Origin: a virus
Length of the DNA stretch: 64,000 nt
Virus record (IMG/VR): IMGVR_UViG_3300047472_000037
Location: 2,502-66,501 of that record
Reading direction: 5' to 3' (one strand)
Shown here piece after piece: positions 58,080-64,000 of this stretch (position 1 is the first letter of the stretch; each line of letters begins with the position of its first letter). The translations under genes were made by a program, and so were the position numbers. Under the pieces are notes generated by a model that was not told the origin of the DNA, did not search any database, and was given only the letters and a program-made list of their open reading frames with translations.

Positions 58080-59707
58080 TAGAATATCCCACTTATCATT
58101 GAATCAAATGTCTTCGAACCGACGAAGTTACCAGCCAGAGAACCTAGTGCAGTCATGTTAGCATTCTTTGTCGAAGCTTTCATCTGCAATTGGGTTAGGG
58201 CCAAAGTAGCATCTCGGTTCTTTTGGTTTTCAGACTGTTGGAAGGCATAGTCAAGAAGGCTATCAGAGCGATCCCAAATCTGGTTAAGCTGTTGGGTTTG
58301 AAGATCTGTAGCAGCTTTAACGTCCTGAGTAGCAGCCTCAAAGTTCTGCTGATCGTCCTGCATCTGTACTGCCTGTCTCCAGTTAGCATTAGAAACAGCA
58401 ATGTTATAAGCATTCGTAGCATTATACTTCTGACGACTATCTTCCATAGAAGCGTTAAACTGGTCAGCAGTCAGTGTCTGAGATGCGTTGAACTGTGCAA
58501 TGTTATTATTCAGAGAAGCGTAAAACTGATCTGTCTGGTTCTTAGAGGTAGCATTGAATTGTTTAGCTACGTTCTCGGCGTTGGCATCAGCAAGAATAGA
58601 CTGGATCATAGACTGGTTATTGATAACCTTAGCCTGTTGTTCATTGTCCAGGTTCTTCATATCCATTGCCAAGAAGCTCTGAGCATTCTGGACAGCAGCC
58701 TGTTGCCGATTATCTAGGTTGCTCTGTTCAAACTTAGCAAGAGTATTGGCAGTATTAATAATGGACTGCTGTTTGTTATCGAGATTCTTGACAGTTAGTG
58801 TCTGATAGAATGCAGCATCACTCTGAGCTATCGGCAAAGATGCTTCTAAGAGTGCTTGAGACATAGCAGCTGTAGCAGCAGTACCAGTCATACCAGAGAA
58901 TGCCATAATCTTAGATACACTACGGGCCGTAGAGGCAGCCCACGAGGGGATCTTAGGTTCTCCGGTAGTAGGGTCTACGAACTGTGTCTGAAGGATCGCT
59001 AGCTGGCCCTGTAGGGTTGCTTTACTATCGATATAATTACCATCACCCAATTGAGCAGCAAGAAGCTGACCAGCAGATGTACTCGTGTCAATTACCTGAG
59101 ACAAATTCTGAGAGGCATACTTATTGAGGGCTTCACCGACTACGTTGACAGAACCATCAGCATTCTTACCAGTAGCTAGTCCAGTTAGGTCTTCTTGCTC
59201 AGCAGTGACTAGGTCCTGATTCTTGATAGTACCAGTGGCACCAGTCATCTGATTGTTGGCTACATCAGTTTGTGTCTTAGTAGCATCATAGGTGTTGGCA
59301 TCAGTTGGGGTAGCTTGATCAACTTGCTGGGCAGTAACAGTGGGAGTGTTAGCACTAACCTGAGTAGCAGCCTTTTCAGCATCACTAATCTGAGCAGCAG
59401 TACCAGTTTGGCCAGCAGTGGCAGCTACAGCAGAGGTGCCCGTCTCACCATTGATATTAGCCCCTGGGTCCTTGACTGCATCAGAGGCATAGCTAGTGAC
59501 ATTTTGAGGGGTGACTGCGCTATCGGCCGTATAAGTCTTAGCAGCGTCAGCTGGATTAGTCCAGGTACTACCTTTAGCTACATAGTCCTGATAGGCTCTA
59601 ACACCCTCATGAGCAGCATCGGCATTACTACCTTGGGATACACCAGAACCAGCCTGTCCACTATTGATATATGCCTGCCAGTCGAAATTATCTTGTGTGT
59701 ATGCCAT
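58079..59707 (-). CDS. Internal virion (ejection) protein
   Basis: Ala/Gln/Asn-rich, QFNA repeats, IPSWAA. Confidence 0.62.
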   Translation of the reverse strand: MAYTQDNFDWQAYINSGQAGSGVSQGSNADAAHEGVRAYQDYVAKGSTWTNPADAAKTYTADSAVTPQNVTSYASDAVKDPGANINGETGTSAVAATAGQTGTAAQISDAEKAATQVSANTPTVTAQQVDQATPTDANTYDATKTQTDVANNQMTGATGTIKNQDLVTAEQEDLTGLATGKNADGSVNVVGEALNKYASQNLSQVIDTSTSAGQLLAAQLGDGNYIDSKATLQGQLAILQTQFVDPTTGEPKIPSWAASTARSVSKIMAFSGMTGTAATAAMSQALLEASLPIAQSDAAFYQTLTVKNLDNKQQSIINTANTLAKFEQSNLDNRQQAAVQNAQSFLAMDMKNLDNEQQAKVINNQSMIQSILADANAENVAKQFNATSKNQTDQFYASLNNNIAQFNASQTLTADQFNASMEDSRQKYNATNAYNIAVSNANWRQAVQMQDDQQNFEAATQDVKAATDLQTQQLNQIWDRSDSLLDYAFQQSENQKNRDATLALTQLQMKASTKNANMTALGSLAGNFVGSKTFDSMISGIF

Positions 59708-60003
59708 TATTTACCCCTTAGGAGCTTATTCTGGTTCAAAGTGAAATCCACCAAACCCTTGTGTTTCTTGTAGCAGAGAATTAGGTTAGCTCTATCGGTA
59801 CCCCAAAGTTTTTCTACCTGACCCTGAGTGAGACCTTTACTTCCGAGATCGGCAGGAAGATTACACAATTGAGTTAGTTTACTATCAGGGTCGAGAATCT
59901 TGGGGGCTACAATACCCTTACCTAATCCGGTTGAGGCGCATGACTGCACTACTACTGATAGCAGGCTTATTGTAATCAGAGTCTTTAGCAGCCTCATCCT
60001 CAT
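59707..60003 (-). CDS. Outer-membrane spanin (Rz1-like lipoprotein)
   Basis: Signal peptide ending VVQSC; overlaps i-spanin; additional Cys residues. Confidence 0.7.
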   Translation of the reverse strand: MRMRLLKTLITISLLSVVVQSCASTGLGKGIVAPKILDPDSKLTQLCNLPADLGSKGLTQGQVEKLWGTDRANLILCYKKHKGLVDFTLNQNKLLRGK

Positions 60004-60280
60004 TCTCCTTTAATTTCTTGTTCAAATCGTCTTCTGATTTCTGTAGTTCTGTAATAATTTGTTTCTGAGTGTTGATGATTTTATCTTGAACCTCTAGTTG
60101 TCGATTAAGTTCATCATCATAAATCTTTTTGTATTTGACTTCAGTAGTAGTCACACCCAAGACATACCCTTTGTGGTAGATGTAGTAAGTAACTGCACCT
60201 AGGGTAGCAGCAGTAACCAATCCTACAATCAGGTATTGTCCCAACTTAGTTTTCAGAAGGGCTAGAATCATTGACAGCAT
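59918..60280 (-). CDS. Inner-membrane spanin (Rz-like)
   Basis: N-terminal TM followed by coiled coil. Confidence 0.7.
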   Translation of the reverse strand: MLSMILALLKTKLGQYLIVGLVTAATLGAVTYYIYHKGYVLGVTTTEVKYKKIYDDELNRQLEVQDKIINTQKQIITELQKSEDDLNKKLKENEDEAAKDSDYNKPAISSSAVMRLNRIR

Positions 60281-60515
60281 CAGTAATCTCCATTTGTTTA
60301 TCTACAGGGACTGTGGTGCTCTCTAGAAGCCTGACTAAATCCTTGTGCCCTACATTCATGTAGTAAGCCACTATGGATGCAATCAAACCAAAGGCAGAGA
60401 CTGCAATCCATTGAGATTCATGAAAATAGATCGAAACGAAGATAGCTATCCAAGCTAATCCACAATTTGCGAGAATTAATCTTTTAGTGTATCTTCGTTT
60501 CGATTGTCTTATCAT
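60246..60515 (-). CDS. Holin
   Basis: Two TM helices, between endolysin and spanins. Confidence 0.62.
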   Translation of the reverse strand: MIRQSKRRYTKRLILANCGLAWIAIFVSIYFHESQWIAVSAFGLIASIVAYYMNVGHKDLVRLLESTTVPVDKQMEITDAVNDSSPSEN

Positions 60516-60937
60516 GACAGGAACTGAGCCCTTTCCTTTACCCTACGACCTTTTAGTTCAGGTTGTTTAACCCAGACTAGGAACTGATCAGCGGCACCTT
60601 TGTAGTCTTTTGTGTTCAGTTTTCTCAGGAGTGTAGATTTACTGAATTGAGTAACACCAATATTAAATACGAAAGATACGAGAGCATCAAACTGATTTTG
60701 GGTCAGTGGAACTTTAACCAATCGATTAATATCGTTCTCTACACTTACCAGATCACGAGTTAGGATTTCATCAGACTCAGCAGAGGTGATGGTCAAACCG
60801 GGAACTACTTTGGGGAGTCCAGCAGCACTAGTGTGACCTACACCTATAGTCCAAATACCTTTAGTATCTGTATAAGCCTTGAGCTTATTACCTTCTCGTT
60901 CAGAGATAGCTTTCCTACCGATTGCACTAGTTTTCAA
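60512..60937 (-). CDS. Endolysin, GH24 lysozyme
   Basis: EG..LKAY.D..GIWTIGVGHT, QNQFDALVSFVFNIG. Confidence 0.92.
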   Translation of the reverse strand: MKTSAIGRKAISEREGNKLKAYTDTKGIWTIGVGHTSAAGLPKVVPGLTITSAESDEILTRDLVSVENDINRLVKVPLTQNQFDALVSFVFNIGVTQFSKSTLLRKLNTKDYKGAADQFLVWVKQPELKGRRVKERAQFLS

Positions 60938-60947
60938 TTTATTATCC

Positions 60948-63506
60948 TTACGTCAAACTATTAATCGCATACACACCACTGATATTAATTTCAGAAGTAT
61001 TAGTGAAGTTTGCATTGGTGTATCCAGCAGTACCAGCACTCGCCTCATTTCCGATTTGTAGAGTGGATGTTCCACCAAAGACCAGAGCCTTAGCGGGACC
61101 CCAGGACGTCATATTAGTAGTATAAGGGATGTCTAGAAGTTGAGTTCTAGAGGCATTAAATGGGATACCTGTTATGTTTGCAGCACCGGTAGAACTACCT
61201 TTGGAAGAGAGTTGCAATTGTATACTGATAAATAATAGATTACCGATCCTGTCATAAACTCCAGCCTGTGTCACATAAGTAATACCAGTAGTACCGCCGC
61301 CAAAATTCAAAACAGGAGTAAATACATTATTGAAAGATGTGGCGGCAGTAGCCACACCCGTTAGGCCGAGGGCTGTACGAGCAGCAGAAGCAGTCGTAGA
61401 ACCAGTACCACCAGATGAGACTGGTAGAGCAGTAGACAGAGATAGACTAGTCGCACTAAGAGTTCCAGTAATACTAATACCAGAGGAGGTTTTTGCCACC
61501 ACGGGAATTAGTGTAGCCACATTACCTTGAGTGCCAGAGGCTGCAAAATATTCGGTCAAAACACCAGTGTTAGGATTAAATACTTCTAGATATCCAAACG
61601 TACTCTTGGCATACCTCCAATTAGTTCCATCCCAGTAGAGATTATATCCAACTGAGAGTGGAGAAGTGGAATTTAAGAACATATTACCTTGAACCTCTAG
61701 ACGAGTATCTGTAGAAGTTCCAGATGTTGCCGTAGCACCAATAGTCAAAAGAGTAGTATTCCTGATAAGACGACCAGTGATAGTGGCTATATTACCAGCA
61801 GTACCAGCAGGAGCAGTGTATTCGGTATATGAACCAGTAGACGGATCAAATGTGGTAACAAAACCAGCAGTGCTGTTAGCGTACCTCCAATTAGTTCCAT
61901 CCCAGTAGAGATTATGAGCTATAGTTGATGGGACAGAAGAACTGATATCGATCCCTTGTCCAGACTTCACTTGGAGATTAGCAGTCGAGGCAGTAGTAAC
62001 TGCTCCACCAATTGCAAATTTACCATTTACTTCCGTTGTATTACCATTAGTATCTACAGAACGCATGTGTTCTTTGGTAGAGCCAATGAAATAAGGGGCT
62101 GTTACAGCACCACTATCGAAGAGTTTAACAGTACCTTGTGTAGTACCCGTACCATTATTATAGTAACCGTATGTATATCCAGTCGTACCCCAAGACATAA
62201 TTTCTACGTCCAGAAGAATCTTTTCTGCACCGGCAGTAGAGACTTGGAATGCAGGGACAGCTCCGAAAAGACCTGTTGCGCCGATATTAAATTTACCAGT
62301 CGCCCAACCTGTACCACCAAGCGAAACAGCTTGTTTACCAGAGGCGAAAATAGTGGCTGCACCGATATTAAGAACCCATGAGGTGTTATAGCAGACAATG
62401 TCGATACCAGCATTATTAGAACCGTAGTAGGCTCCGATGGTTAGGAAACCACCATTATAAATACCCATACCGCTAGCGGCAGGGGCCCTTGGATCTTGTT
62501 TAGTACCACTACAAACTACAGAGCCGATAGAGGCTGATGCTTGAGATGCAAAGTCTACGATAATACCTGCCCAGCACTGATCGGCGATGACGGATTGTCC
62601 AACGACACCTGAGGCGGTGAGAATATCCAAAGCAGCACCTTGTTTGTAGGTACTAGCTCCGACGATATGTTCACCAGCTCCACAATTGAATCCGTAGACA
62701 TAACCAAAAGAACAATTGACAGGATGTGCATTATATTGGGTAGTAACATTATAGGGACTACCAGGAGAACCATCTCCAGTATAATCAATTTGAGCAAATG
62801 CCAAACCGACATCGAAGGTGTTATAAAATTTACCACCTACGTGAGAATTGTCGGCCATAACCAAGAAACAAACTCCAAGTGCCAAGGCTAGGTCATTAGA
62901 CCGTGTGGCACCAGGGACGAACTCTGCATTGTGGTCATACTTAAGGGTATCACACCCCCAGAAATTAGTAGCTGTCTTCTGGATAACAACCAAAGGCTGG
63001 CACCAAGCAGTACGAATAGATTTAATAGTGGCGCTACCAATCCACATAACATCTGTGTCTGTGACATTCAGAGTAGTGTTAGAAGTCCACGTATAATTAG
63101 AGCCAAGCCAATCCACTCTCTGATGTCCTGAAGCAATCATAGCCTGAAGAGCTGCCGTATCATCATTGACACCATCACCCACTGCACCATAGCGTAGAGG
63201 ATTAGTCCAGTCTGGCATGCCTTCTTCATGGGTAGCAAAGTCGGAAACAAGCTTCTTGCCTGCTACACCAGCATTAGTATTACCTAGAACGTAATCGATA
63301 CTTGCATTAACTGGGGCTGTACTAGTGACAAGACCAGTAGTGATATCAATCTTAGGACCTTCACCGACAGTACCATCATGAGTATGACCAGATGCACTAT
63401 CAAAGGCTGCCTGCAATGAGTTAAATTCATTGTTAATTGGATTAGCGAGGATGATTAGTCCTGTCTGGATATCTGCGGAAGACTGTCTAGTGTATCCATT
63501 ACCCAT
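60948..63506 (-). CDS. Tail fibre/tailspike
   Basis: GYTRQS...GHTHDG anchor, YGAVGDGVNDDTAA beta-helix start, duplicated YWDGTNWRYA module, GGTG repeat. Confidence 0.82.
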   Translation of the reverse strand: MGNGYTRQSSADIQTGLIILANPINNEFNSLQAAFDSASGHTHDGTVGEGPKIDITTGLVTSTAPVNASIDYVLGNTNAGVAGKKLVSDFATHEEGMPDWTNPLRYGAVGDGVNDDTAALQAMIASGHQRVDWLGSNYTWTSNTTLNVTDTDVMWIGSATIKSIRTAWCQPLVVIQKTATNFWGCDTLKYDHNAEFVPGATRSNDLALALGVCFLVMADNSHVGGKFYNTFDVGLAFAQIDYTGDGSPGSPYNVTTQYNAHPVNCSFGYVYGFNCGAGEHIVGASTYKQGAALDILTASGVVGQSVIADQCWAGIIVDFASQASASIGSVVCSGTKQDPRAPAASGMGIYNGGFLTIGAYYGSNNAGIDIVCYNTSWVLNIGAATIFASGKQAVSLGGTGWATGKFNIGATGLFGAVPAFQVSTAGAEKILLDVEIMSWGTTGYTYGYYNNGTGTTQGTVKLFDSGAVTAPYFIGSTKEHMRSVDTNGNTTEVNGKFAIGGAVTTASTANLQVKSGQGIDISSSVPSTIAHNLYWDGTNWRYANSTAGFVTTFDPSTGSYTEYTAPAGTAGNIATITGRLIRNTTLLTIGATATSGTSTDTRLEVQGNMFLNSTSPLSVGYNLYWDGTNWRYAKSTFGYLEVFNPNTGVLTEYFAASGTQGNVATLIPVVAKTSSGISITGTLSATSLSLSTALPVSSGGTGSTTASAARTALGLTGVATAATSFNNVFTPVLNFGGGTTGITYVTQAGVYDRIGNLLFISIQLQLSSKGSSTGAANITGIPFNASRTQLLDIPYTTNMTSWGPAKALVFGGTSTLQIGNEASAGTAGYTNANFTNTSEINISGVYAINSLT
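61612..61915. repeat. 34-nt identical direct repeat 270 nt apart in the tail fibre gene
   Basis: TACCTCCAATTAGTTCCATCCCAGTAGAGATTAT at 61612-61645 and 61882-61915. Confidence 0.85.
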
Positions 63507-63508
63507 TA

Positions 63509-64000
63509 TTATTTCCTACCTTCTACAGAGAATTCATATAATACACCCTGAATAGTGTATGCGGCATTTATATCACTTGTGGTGAATTTGAGCTGACTAG
63601 AGAAACCAGAACCCTGTACATTCTGAACTAGAACAGGAACAGGAAGATTTCCATACACACCGTCATCATATATAGAGATGTCATATATAGATGTATTACT
63701 ATAGTTCTGAGCAACGGCATACGTAGCAGGATTAATCTTGTCTGGGTCTAACCAATCGTAATTAATCTTTAGGGATACAAGGATATTACCCTCGGGACGA
63801 ATGAATAATCTCAATTTCCTGAGTGTTTTTCTGATACCAGCAGAACCAAAGTCGAGAAAAGGTGTGCTATAGATTGCCTCAATAGGAAATCCATTAAAAC
63901 TATTTCCTGCTTCTTGACGATAGATGTTGCCATTATAATCACCGTGAAGTACATACTCTACAGTGCCTATGTAACGAGAAGATGTGACGGAAGCACTAAT
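63509..64000 (-). CDS. Tail tubular/stabilisation protein, C-terminal part (start outside window)
   Basis: Frame open to 64000 (..LHGDYNGNIYRQEAGNSF..STPFLDFG..); upstream of the tail fibre. Confidence 0.6.
   Translation of the reverse strand: MSASVTSSRYIGTVEYVLHGDYNGNIYRQEAGNSFNGFPIEAIYSTPFLDFGSAGIRKTLRKLRLFIRPEGNILVSLKINYDWLDPDKINPATYAVAQNYSNTSIYDISIYDDGVYGNLPVPVLVQNVQGSGFSSQLKFTTSDINAAYTIQGVLYEFSVEGRK

Noticed and set aside
1-64000. Prophage or phage-encoded RNA polymerase
   Set aside because: No integrase, repressor, host genes or RNAP motifs are visible in this window; consensus sigma70 promoters suggest host RNAP use.

Overview
The window is a 64-kb part of a lytic podovirus-type dsDNA phage genome. 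Its organisation resembles SIO1/cobavirus-like and phiEco32-like phages, and the host is Gram-negative (two-component spanins). Minus-strand structural and packaging genes lie at both ends: capsid, scaffold, portal and terminase at 1-10.9 kb; internal virion proteins, lysis cassette and tail fibre at 51.6-64 kb. A ~2-kb non-coding switch region holds sigma70 promoters and a candidate ~700-nt structured RNA. The plus-strand arm carries early genes, tRNA-Asn and tRNA-Gln, an expanded amidoligase / ATP-grasp / glutamine-amidotransferase / GGCT cluster, and a T7-like replication module with a class II ribonucleotide reductase. The main unexplained feature is a conserved C-terminal peptide, (E)LPYDPxQQxD(E/Q)(E/D)DD(I/V/L)-stop, found 13 times. 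Eleven copies end small proteins with an F-x-x-G-D-x-V start and unrelated middles, one ends a GNAT, and one sits in the +1 frame just behind the ATP-grasp stop codon. Most copies are interleaved with the ligase genes. This may be an undescribed tag or adaptor system. All product calls come from motif recognition by eye; no database searches were run.
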